Source: Raphidiopsis brookii D9 (GTDB taxonomy: Bacteria > Cyanobacteriota > Cyanobacteriia > Cyanobacteriales > Nostocaceae). Taken from it: a stretch of 32,000 nt of DNA. The stretch covers positions 51,532 to 83,531 of the forward strand of contig ACYB01000016.1 of assembly GCA_000175855.1 (NCBI GenBank), given 5' to 3'. The notes beneath the pieces were generated by a model. The model saw only the letters and a list, made by a program, of their open reading frames with translations. It ran no database searches and was not told the DNA's origin. The stretch's first letter is position 1, and each line of letters starts with the position of its first letter. Below are positions 5,185 to 13,806 of this stretch, piece by piece. Made by a program: the position numbers and the translations under genes.

Positions 5185-7335
5185 ATGAAATACGCCCATA
5201 TTTCCCAACACAGCATCGAAGACTGTGGCGCTGCTTGCTTGGCTGCGATCGCCAAATATTATGGCAAAAATTTCACCTTGACTCGCACCAGAGAAGCTGT
5301 AGGTACAGGTCAATTCGGTACCACTTTATTAGGTCTACAAAGAGGAGCTAAAACCTTAGGTTTTAAAGCTTCAACAGTTAGAACTTCACCAGAAATTCTC
5401 AAAAGATTAAACGAAGCACCCCTACCGGCAATCATTCACTGGCACGGAAATCATTGGGTGGTTTTTTATGGTAAAAAGGGGGAAAAGTATATAATCTCTG
5501 ACCCAGGAGTAGGGGTACGCTACCTCTGTGAAGAAGACTTTATAGAGGGTTGGAATGATTGGTTAATGCTATTGCTAGAACCTAGTCCAGAAGAGTTTTT
5601 AAAAACAGAAGAAGATAAAATAGGTGGCTTTTGGCGTTTCTTTAAACAGGTGTGGACTTTTCGGGGAATTCTTGCCCAAGCTCTACCTCTCAATTTATTA
5701 TTGGGACTGTTATCTTTGGCTTCTCCCTTTTTATTACAAATTCTGACTGATGATGTGCTAGTACGAGGTGATACCAAATTACTCACCACCATGGTCATTG
5801 CCGTGGTCGTGATGAACCTCATTTCTAGCAGTTTATCTTGGGTCCAATCTAATTTAATCGCCCATTTTGCCCAACGTCTCCAATTGGGACTGGTGATGGA
5901 ATTTGGCAGACAAATTTTGCATCTACCTCTATCCTATTATGAAGCTCGTCGCAGTGGAGAAATTACTAGTCGTCTCCAAGATATTAAGCAAATCAATCAG
6001 TTGGTTACTCAAGTAGTTGTCAGTTTACCTAGCAAATTTTTTATTGCTCTGATTTCTCTTGGTCTGATGGCTTTTTATAGCTGGAAGTTAACTTTGGTGG
6101 CTATGATAATTGCTGGGATTATGACTATTACTCCTTTAGTGTTTCAACCTAAATTACAGCAAAAAACCCGTGAACTACTGGTTAAAGATGCGGAAACCCA
6201 AGGTGTATTGGTAGAAACTTTCAAGGGTGCTCTAACTCTCAAAACTACTACCGCTGGCAATCAATTCCTAGAAGAGTTCCAAGTTCGATTTGGCAAGTTG
6301 GCTAATTTAACTTTGAACAGTATGCAAATTGGTATTATCAATAATACCTTTTCTGGCTTTATCTCTTCCATTGGTAGTATTATCCTCCTTTGGTTTGGTG
6401 GTCATTTAGTTATTAATCCTAGTGAAAATCTCAGTATTGGTCAACTCCTGGCTTTTAATTCAATGAATGCTAATTTCCTGGGTCTCATAACGACCGTTAT
6501 CAGTTTTGTCCAGGAATTTACCCGCGCTAAAACAGCAGTTCAAAGACTCACAGAAGTGATAGATACCACTTCAGAAAATGACTATGATGGCAAAAAGCCT
6601 TTTGCTGAAATTCCCAGTGATGCTACAATCACTTGCACTAATATTAATTTCCATTATGCTGGTAGACTTGACCTATTAGAAGATTTTTCCTTAACTATTC
6701 CCGGTGGTCAAGTTGTGGCTTTGATTGGTAAATCAGGATGTGGTAAAAGTACCCTGGCTAAATTAATTGCTGGGCTATATACCCTCCAATCTGGTAATAT
6801 TCGCATCGGACTCTATAACCAACAAGATTTGTCTTTAGAATCTTTACGTCAACAGGTGATTCTAGTTCCTCAAGAACCCCATTTCTGGAGTCGTTCTATT
6901 GTGGAAAACTTCCGTTTGGGCGCACCTCATGTTAGTTTTGAGCAAATTGTCCGAGCTTGTGAAATTGCTGGTGCTGATGAATTTATCAGTAAATTACCCG
7001 CAAAATATCAAACTATATTGGGTGAATTTGGTGCCAATATTTCCGGTGGTCAAAGACAACGATTAGCTATAGCTAGAGCTATTGTTACAGATCCACCAAT
7101 TCTAATTTTGGATGAGTCTACGGGGGGACTAGACCCGGTTAGTGAAGCACAGGTTTTAGATCAGTTATTTAAACACCGTCAAGGAAAAACTACTATTTTA
7201 ATTACCCATCGTCCCCAGGTAATCAATCGCGCTGATTGGATTATTGTATTGGATGGAGGAAAACTCCAATCTCAAGGATCTTTGGAAGAATTGAAATTCA
7301 GACGGGGGGAACACCAAGAATTCATTATGGTCTAA
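5185..7335 (+). CDS. Peptidase-C39-domain ABC transporter (double-glycine peptide cleavage and export, HetC/SunT/LagD-like)
   Basis: The N-terminal C39 domain has a candidate catalytic Cys (SIEDCGAACLA), His (GNHWVVF) and Asp (ISDP). A six-helix-type membrane domain follows. Walker A is GKSGCGKST, the ABC signature is ISGGQRQRLAIARA and Walker B is ILILDEST. Confidence 0.9.
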   Translation: MKYAHISQHSIEDCGAACLAAIAKYYGKNFTLTRTREAVGTGQFGTTLLGLQRGAKTLGFKASTVRTSPEILKRLNEAPLPAIIHWHGNHWVVFYGKKGEKYIISDPGVGVRYLCEEDFIEGWNDWLMLLLEPSPEEFLKTEEDKIGGFWRFFKQVWTFRGILAQALPLNLLLGLLSLASPFLLQILTDDVLVRGDTKLLTTMVIAVVVMNLISSSLSWVQSNLIAHFAQRLQLGLVMEFGRQILHLPLSYYEARRSGEITSRLQDIKQINQLVTQVVVSLPSKFFIALISLGLMAFYSWKLTLVAMIIAGIMTITPLVFQPKLQQKTRELLVKDAETQGVLVETFKGALTLKTTTAGNQFLEEFQVRFGKLANLTLNSMQIGIINNTFSGFISSIGSIILLWFGGHLVINPSENLSIGQLLAFNSMNANFLGLITTVISFVQEFTRAKTAVQRLTEVIDTTSENDYDGKKPFAEIPSDATITCTNINFHYAGRLDLLEDFSLTIPGGQVVALIGKSGCGKSTLAKLIAGLYTLQSGNIRIGLYNQQDLSLESLRQQVILVPQEPHFWSRSIVENFRLGAPHVSFEQIVRACEIAGADEFISKLPAKYQTILGEFGANISGGQRQRLAIARAIVTDPPILILDESTGGLDPVSEAQVLDQLFKHRQGKTTILITHRPQVINRADWIIVLDGGKLQSQGSLEELKFRRGEHQEFIMV

Positions 7336-7381
7336 CTGAACCGTTCCCAACTTCTACCCAACTACTCTTCATCTACCCAAT

Positions 7382-8780
7382 ATGCTCTATACTCATCGAC
7401 GTAAATTTATATCTTCTGTAGATAATCCCCAGTTCCTCCCTCCTGTTAGTCGTTGGACTTCTTTAGCAGGAATATTCCTAGTTGGTACTGTTGCTACTGC
7501 TATTGCTCTTGCTTCTTGGGTTAAATATAATGTCACAGTGAAAGCGGATGCTGTGGTTCGTCCTATGGGAGAAATTCGTGTAGTTCAACCGGAAATAGAG
7601 GGAACTATTAAAAGTATTTTGGTCAAACCAAATCAAACAGTGAAAATAGGTGATGTAATTGCCTATTTAAATACGGATGATTTGCTCATACAAAAAAAGT
7701 CAGTTACAAGAAAATATCCAACAGGGTAATTTACAAATATTGCAAATTCATGCCCAAGTCCGTATTTTAGATCGGCAAATTTTGGCTGAAACTCAAGTTG
7801 CTCAAAATGCTATTAATTCCGCAAGGGTGGATTTGTTACGTAACCAAAGGGAATATCAACAACAGCAGGTTAGCACCCAAGGTGAATTTCTGTCCGCTCA
7901 AGCTAACTGGCAAAAGGCTAAAGCTTCTTTGGATAAAGCTCGAGCAGATCTGAATTTTGCCAAAATGGATAAGGAACGCTATCAGGAACTATCCCAAATT
8001 GGAGCTGTGGGTAGACGGGAATTGGAACAAAAAGCTTTGACTGTTCAGCAAACACAATCAATCCTGGATACTGAGAGGAAATCTCTGGAAATGGCTAAAA
8101 TTAAGGTTCAATCAGCTCAAGTTGCTATTAATCCAACTCCAGCAGCAGTGATGATAGCACAGGAACGTATCGCTCAAGAAACTGCTAGGGGTGTGTCTAA
8201 TATTGCTAGTCTCAATAAGGAAAAACAAGCTTTAATTGAGCGTCGAGTTCAACTAGAAACCCAAATTAAACAATCTATTAAGGAATTAGAGCAGGTAGAA
8301 AATCAGATGCGTAAAAGTATGATTTTAGCTACGAGTAATGGTATTATTCTCAAACTCAATTTACGCAATCCCGGACAGGTGATCCGTCCCAGCGAATCTG
8401 TAGCAGAAATTGTACCTGATAGTTCGGAACTGTTGATTAGAGCTTTAATTCCCACTGAGGAAATACAAAAGGTCAATATAGGTCAACAAGTTAAATTACG
8501 GGTTGGTGCTTGTCCCTATCCTGATTATGGAACACTCCATGGGGTGGTTCAAACTATTTCTCCTGATGTGATTACCAATCAACCTAATAATCCAGGAACG
8601 ACTACTAATAGGATGGGTTATTTTGAAGCTATGGTTAAACCAGCAAGTTTGCAATTTGGTCAAGGTCGACATCAATGTTATCTCCAATCGGGAATGGAGG
8701 TGAAAGCTGATATTATTTCTAAACAGGAAACAGCTCTAGAATTTATGTTCAGAAAAGCAAGGTTAATTACTGATTTGTAA
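7382..8780 (+). pseudogene. HlyD-family membrane fusion protein, split into two frames at an A7 run (7692-7698)
   Basis: 7382-7729 encodes the TM anchor and lipoyl-like hairpin (VVRPMGEIRVVQPEIEGTIKSILVKPNQTVKIGDVIAYL). 7677-8780 encodes the coiled coil and beta-barrel. Removing one A gives the continuous reading ...DDLLIQKSQLQENIQQ... Confidence 0.75.
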
Positions 8781-8830
8781 TTTTTATCAGGTGGGGAATA
8801 GGCAATAGACTAAAAAAATCGGTGTAGATC

Positions 8831-9583
8831 ATGGGTCTCAAAAAGTTCAAACTAGCATTAAATTGGTTGTTTTATAAACAATCTATAAAGCTATATGGGG
8901 AATCAGAAAAAATTCGAGATGATTTGTTACAGGAGTCTTTTACTATCCGTCGCGGTTTGGAAGCATTGAAAATTCAACACTGTAATTTATTAAATAACCA
9001 AGTAATGGGTTATCCATCGCCAGGTTTTTATCCTGTAAGTTCTCAACTAATCAGTGCTTATTTACCACATAATGAATCACCAAATCAATCATTTAATACT
9101 TCAATTTCTGAACATATTAAAAGGGTGGAAAACTTTCATCACTCCCTAGTTGATTTAAGCGATCGCCTGTTTCCAATTTATATTGAAGAGAGTCTACCTT
9201 TATCCATTCAGTGTTTGCTAGATTCTTGTTTTCTTGCTCATCCTCACATATCAGTTGATTTTGACATGCCCAGTTATTGGAGGAAGGAGTCAGCACAATT
9301 TAGTCTGCTGACTTTAAGAACTCTTCAGGAATTAATGTCTATAACTGTACCAACTTTTTCCGATCCTCTATCAATTTATATAAATTTGAAAGACCGGAAA
9401 AATATTCGGGAACTAACTCTGGAAATTATTTACCCCGATATTTCTACTTTGTTATTTTATTCTGGTTTACCGGAATTAAAATATCTCAGTAGTAGCTGGG
9501 AATTTTTAATTTCTGGTAAATGTTTTTATCATATAGTCAATTACAAAAGTAACTACAAAATAGCCTGGTTTTTTTGCTGGTGA
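8831..9583 (+). CDS. Degenerate histidine-kinase-like protein lacking recognisable H, N and G boxes
   Basis: EKIRDDLLQESFTIRRGLE resembles a HisKA_3 H-box but lacks the His. LVDLSDRLFPIYIEESLPLSIQCLL and LRTLQELMSITV resemble the dimerisation and N-box regions but lack the Asn. No DxGxG motif and no TM segment is present. Confidence 0.4.
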   Translation: MGLKKFKLALNWLFYKQSIKLYGESEKIRDDLLQESFTIRRGLEALKIQHCNLLNNQVMGYPSPGFYPVSSQLISAYLPHNESPNQSFNTSISEHIKRVENFHHSLVDLSDRLFPIYIEESLPLSIQCLLDSCFLAHPHISVDFDMPSYWRKESAQFSLLTLRTLQELMSITVPTFSDPLSIYINLKDRKNIRELTLEIIYPDISTLLFYSGLPELKYLSSSWEFLISGKCFYHIVNYKSNYKIAWFFCW

Positions 9584-9763
9584 ATTGAGGTAAATCCCGA
9601 TAAATCGCCAGGATAGAAATTCAGATCTTAGCTTTCTGACTAGCAGAATAGGTTCTAAATCTTTCTCTAAAGTTCAGGAATTTTCTCCATGAGGGGTGAA
9701 GTACCTCATCCTCAACTAAATAGAATCCATACAATTTATTAGGTAAAGGTTCATCATTTTTTA

Positions 9764-10492
9764 ATGTTGATAATGCAACATCAAATACAACATTTATTAC
9801 CTGATCAATTAACCGTTCAATCCACTAATCAAACTAATAAACTGCTGAAGATATTAGTCATTGATGACCATGAATCGGTTCTGAACGGGACGATTTACAT
9901 TTTGCGTAAAAACTATCCCAGTGCTGAATTTATAACTGCAACAGATGTGCAAACAACTGTGGACCAGGTAACTAATAGACAACCTGATCTCATAGTTATG
10001 GATCTTTCCATACCTGAAAGACAAGGAATGACTGCTCGCACTGATAATGGTATTCAACTACTAAAGACCTTGATGAAACAACATCCCCATCTGAATATTG
10101 TTGTTCAAAGCGCCCACAGCAAAACCCTAGTGCGAATTCGGTTAAATATTGACAGTCATCAAGGAGGTTTTACCATTGCTAATAAAAGTGTTTCTATTCA
10201 GGAGATGTTAACCAGGGTTGATTGGGCATTACAAGGACTAACTCACACTAAGGATATTAAGGGAATTAACTCGGGAATGGAGGTAAAACCAGAGTGGTTA
10301 AAAGTTTTATATTTGGCCTTTGAGCGGGGATTACAAGATAAAGCTATTGCTCAAGAAATGTGTGTTTCTGAACGAATGGTACGTCATTATTGGAATAAGT
10401 TACAAGATGCTCTCAATATCTATCCAGAGGTCGGTAAAAATATTCGTATTCAAACGGAAAAACAAGCTAGGGAGGAGGGATTGATTGATTAG
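9764..10492 (+). CDS. Response regulator, NarL/FixJ (LuxR-type HTH) family
   Basis: The receiver domain has VIDDHE, DLIVMDLSIPE (phospho-acceptor Asp), SAHS and ANKS. The C-terminal HTH is QDKAIAQEMCVSERMVRHYWNKLQDAL. Confidence 0.85.
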   Translation: MLIMQHQIQHLLPDQLTVQSTNQTNKLLKILVIDDHESVLNGTIYILRKNYPSAEFITATDVQTTVDQVTNRQPDLIVMDLSIPERQGMTARTDNGIQLLKTLMKQHPHLNIVVQSAHSKTLVRIRLNIDSHQGGFTIANKSVSIQEMLTRVDWALQGLTHTKDIKGINSGMEVKPEWLKVLYLAFERGLQDKAIAQEMCVSERMVRHYWNKLQDALNIYPEVGKNIRIQTEKQAREEGLID

Positions 10493-10547
10493 TTAATAAT
10501 AGGAAGTGGGGCGGGAGAAAACCGAAGAATAATCAAGGGCTAAAATT

Positions 10548-11528
10548 ATGCAGTCTAAACCTTGGAAAAAGATTAGGGTGGTTTTACCAATCAACCATTT
10601 ATTAAACCATATATCAATCTGTATATTAAACTATCTATCAAACCATCTATCTAACATTTACCAAAAACGGATTCTTGGTTATTTGGGAATTTTTAATTTA
10701 CTCAGTATTACCTATCTAATAGTAAATTGGGATTATTTAAACTCTCCTATTTTGGCAGTTTATATTATTATTGCTAATCTGTTGGAATTGATAATACTAC
10801 AGCACAAAGGTCAAAACCTAAAATTAGAAGTTAAATCCAGACAAACAATCATTGAAATTATCTTTGAAACCATCCATAATGGTCCCCTACAAACCCTAGA
10901 TAAAATTTTAAGAATAGTCAATCAAGTCAATCAGCAAGAATTCTCTTCAGATACACTAATCAAAACCACAATTCCAGAATTAACCACAGAACTGGAAAAA
11001 TTAAACCAAGAACTCAGAGGAATCTATGAATTTTGGCACCGAGAAACCATCTCTCCACACGCTAACCTCTACCTAGATAAAAATCTAGTCATTAATTTAG
11101 AAGCTCCCCTACCAGAAATCCTCTATCAGGTCTATACCCATACCCTGGAACGAAATTTCTCCTGTTTTCAAACCATTAGATTAAAAGTCCGCAGTTTTGA
11201 CCCACTGGATGAAACTGGGTTAACCCTGGAACATAAACGCGGAATTTGTCGTTTCTTGGAAGAATCACTATGTAATGTGGGTAAATATGCAACAGAAGTA
11301 ACCTGTCTTAAAGTTAGTGGCCTCTCATATATGGGTTGGTACACGCTCAGTATTATCGATAATGGTTTAGGTGTGAACTCATGTAAAGAAGGAGAAGGAA
11401 CAAAGCAGTTCAAATATTTAGCTCAACAAATTCAAGGTAAATTTCAGAGAATTCCTCAACATCCCCAAGGAACTATTTGTGAATTATCTTGGCCTATAAG
11501 TTCTGTGGTCAAGAATCATCAAACTTAG
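10548..11528 (+). CDS. Sensor histidine kinase (HisKA_3 plus HATPase_c) with two TM helices and a minimal external loop
   Basis: TM segments are ILGYLGIFNLLSITYLIV and ILAVYIIIANLLELIIL. The H-box is ETIHNGPLQTL, the N-box-like motif is LEESLCNVGKYA, G1 is IIDNGLGV, and the G2-like motif is GEGTKQFKYLAQQIQG. Confidence 0.75.
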   Translation: MQSKPWKKIRVVLPINHLLNHISICILNYLSNHLSNIYQKRILGYLGIFNLLSITYLIVNWDYLNSPILAVYIIIANLLELIILQHKGQNLKLEVKSRQTIIEIIFETIHNGPLQTLDKILRIVNQVNQQEFSSDTLIKTTIPELTTELEKLNQELRGIYEFWHRETISPHANLYLDKNLVINLEAPLPEILYQVYTHTLERNFSCFQTIRLKVRSFDPLDETGLTLEHKRGICRFLEESLCNVGKYATEVTCLKVSGLSYMGWYTLSIIDNGLGVNSCKEGEGTKQFKYLAQQIQGKFQRIPQHPQGTICELSWPISSVVKNHQT

Positions 11529-11590
11529 CTATATTGTGAATATAATAGCTAAGTGTGGAACTTTGACTCAAAGGAAGGCTAAAAAACACT

Positions 11591-12523
11591 GTGCAGATCA
11601 CATTTTTAGGCACAAGTTCTGGTGTACCTACAAGATCACGTAATGTTTCCAGTGTGGCGCTAAGACTACCACAACGCGCAGAACTCTGGTTGTTTGACTG
11701 TGGTGAAGGTACACAACATCAAATTTTGCGCAGTGACCTGAAAATTAGTCAACTGTCACGCATTTTTATCACCCATCTCCATGGTGATCACATTTTTGGC
11801 TTGATGGGACTTTTAGCTAGTTGTGGTTTAGCTGGTAATGTGGAACGGGTTGATATCTATGGACCTGCTGGATTAAATGAGTACCTGCAAGGTGCTTCAC
11901 GTTACTCCCACACTCATTTTTCCTATCCTATTAAGGTTCATACTGTTCAACCTGGTGTGATTTACGAAGATGAGGAATTTACTGTTACCTGTGGAATGCT
12001 CCATCACCGCATTACTGCTTTTGGTTATCGTGTAACGGAAAAAAACAGATCTGGACGATTTGATGTAGAACAAGCCAAAGCCCTACAAATACCTTCCGGA
12101 CCAATTTATGGAAAACTTAAACGGGGGGAAATTGTCAAATTGGAAGATGGTCGAATCATTAATGGTAAGGAATTATGTGGTCCAACAGAAATTGGACGTA
12201 AATTTGTCTATTGTACAGATACTGTTTATTGTGATGGGGCTGTTAAATTGGCCAAGGATGCGGATGTGTTGATTCACGAAGCTACTTTTGCTCATCAAGA
12301 TGCAGAAATGGCTTTTCAAAGATTACACTCTACCAGTACAATGGCAGCACAAACAGCTTATGTGGCTGGAGTAAATCAACTGATTATGACCCATTTTAGT
12401 CCCAGATATACTCCGGGGAATGACATTGAGTTAAAAGATTTACTTAAAGAAGCTCGTGCAATTTTTCCTAATACCATTATGGCTCATGATTTTATGGTTT
12501 ATGACATACCCAGAAGAAGATAA
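11591..12523 (+). CDS. rnz: Ribonuclease Z (tRNA 3' endonuclease)
   Basis: GTG start. [25 protein letters not shown] and the metallo-beta-lactamase motif HLHGDH are present. Confidence 0.9.
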   Translation: MQITFLGTSSGVPTRSRNVSSVALRLPQRAELWLFDCGEGTQHQILRSDLKISQLSRIFITHLHGDHIFGLMGLLASCGLAGNVERVDIYGPAGLNEYLQGASRYSHTHFSYPIKVHTVQPGVIYEDEEFTVTCGMLHHRITAFGYRVTEKNRSGRFDVEQAKALQIPSGPIYGKLKRGEIVKLEDGRIINGKELCGPTEIGRKFVYCTDTVYCDGAVKLAKDADVLIHEATFAHQDAEMAFQRLHSTSTMAAQTAYVAGVNQLIMTHFSPRYTPGNDIELKDLLKEARAIFPNTIMAHDFMVYDIPRRR

Positions 12524-12685
12524 ACAATAGCGATCGCATCTTCTAAAGTGGTTGCTTTACAATGTTTCGCTGTTAATTGGAATAGTATATACCACATCAT
12601 AAATTGATCGAATCTGTCATCCACATCTGGTAGATAATCCAAACTCTTTAAAATTTAAGATCATTTAAATCCTTAAAGATTAAAC

Positions 12686-13732
12686 ATGAATTACTGTTTC
12701 AATCCCCACTGTGATCAACCTACAAACCCAGAAGGTGTTAATTTTTGCCTAAATTGTGGTGCCAATCTACTTCTAAAAGAGCGCTATCGCTCAATTAAAC
12801 TCATTGGAAAAGGAGGATTTGGTAGAACTTTTTTAGCAGTGGATGAAGACAAACCCTCAAAACCATTTTGCGTAATTAAACAGTTCTATACTCAATCATC
12901 AGGAAATGATACACTTCAAAAAGCAATACAACTATTTAATCAGGAGGCTATTCGCTTAGATGAACTAGGAACACATCCTCAAATCCCAGAACTGTTGGCT
13001 TATTGTACTCAGGAAGATAGACAATACTTAGTTCAGGAATTTATTAACGGTTTGAATTTAGGACAGGAACTAGTTCAAAATGGTGCATTTACAGAAGACA
13101 AAATTCGACAATTACTCATTGATTTATTACCAGTTCTGCAATTTTGCCATCGGCACCAGGTAATTCATCGAGATATTAAACCAGAAAATATTATTCGTCG
13201 CACTAGTGATAATAAACTAGTTATAGTTGATTTTGGAGCAGCAAAATCAACCACAGGAGAAACCGGAAATCGCACGGTAACAAGCATTGGCACTCCTGAA
13301 TATGTCGCGCCAGAACAAATGCGCGGAAAAGCAATATTTGCCAGCGACATTTATGGACTGGGCGTGACCTGTATTAACCTGTTAACCGGGCGATCGCCTT
13401 TTGACTGTTATTATAGTCATGAAGCTACATGGATATGGAGAAAGTTTTTAAAAACCCCGATAACTGATGATTTAGGGCAAATAATAGATAAAATGATAGC
13501 TACGATTCCCAGTCAACGCTATCAAACTGTTACAGATGTAATAGAAGACTTAAAATTACACTCCACTTCAACAACTAGCCCTATTTTTATCAAAAATACT
13601 GTAAATATTCCCACCACTATAATTAGTCCACCAAAACCACAAGCGCCCACATCTAAAAATTATCCCCATGTTCCAGATATTATAGATCAAGAACTAGCAG
13701 AAATCAAATCTAAGTTCCTAGATAATGGTTAA
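12686..13732 (+). CDS. Ser/Thr protein kinase with N-terminal 4-Cys zinc-ribbon prefix
   Basis: CFNPHCDQPTNPEGVNFCLNCG, then GKGGFGRT, HRDIKPENI, DFG and GTPEYVAPE. Confidence 0.9.
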   Translation: MNYCFNPHCDQPTNPEGVNFCLNCGANLLLKERYRSIKLIGKGGFGRTFLAVDEDKPSKPFCVIKQFYTQSSGNDTLQKAIQLFNQEAIRLDELGTHPQIPELLAYCTQEDRQYLVQEFINGLNLGQELVQNGAFTEDKIRQLLIDLLPVLQFCHRHQVIHRDIKPENIIRRTSDNKLVIVDFGAAKSTTGETGNRTVTSIGTPEYVAPEQMRGKAIFASDIYGLGVTCINLLTGRSPFDCYYSHEATWIWRKFLKTPITDDLGQIIDKMIATIPSQRYQTVTDVIEDLKLHSTSTTSPIFIKNTVNIPTTIISPPKPQAPTSKNYPHVPDIIDQELAEIKSKFLDNG

Positions 13733-13737
13733 TATTA

Positions 13738-13768
13738 TAAAAAGGCGGGGTTTCCCCGCCCAAAAAAC
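13738..13768. terminator. Bidirectional intrinsic terminator GGCGGGG-TTT-CCCCGCC flanked by A runs
   Basis: A GC-rich 7-bp stem (13744-13750 and 13754-13760) lies between the convergent kinase and gnd genes. The downstream A run gives a U-tail for gnd on the minus strand. Confidence 0.6.
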
Positions 13769-13806
13769 TTTAGAAATGCTCAAAATCAAAGTCAACTTCC
13801 TAAGAA

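Noticed and set aside
7236-7421. 61-aa ORF overlapping the end of the ABC transporter gene and the start of the HlyD gene.
   Set aside because: It is an alternative frame of two well-supported genes, with no independent signal.
7691-7699. Programmed -1 ribosomal frameshift at the dnaX-like slippery heptamer A AAA AAG, which is in the correct zero-frame phase.
   Set aside because: The downstream HlyD frame is +1 relative to the upstream frame, not -1. A -1 slip reads GTC AGT TAC... and hits TAG after about 24 codons. A homopolymer indel, real or from sequencing, explains the split more simply.
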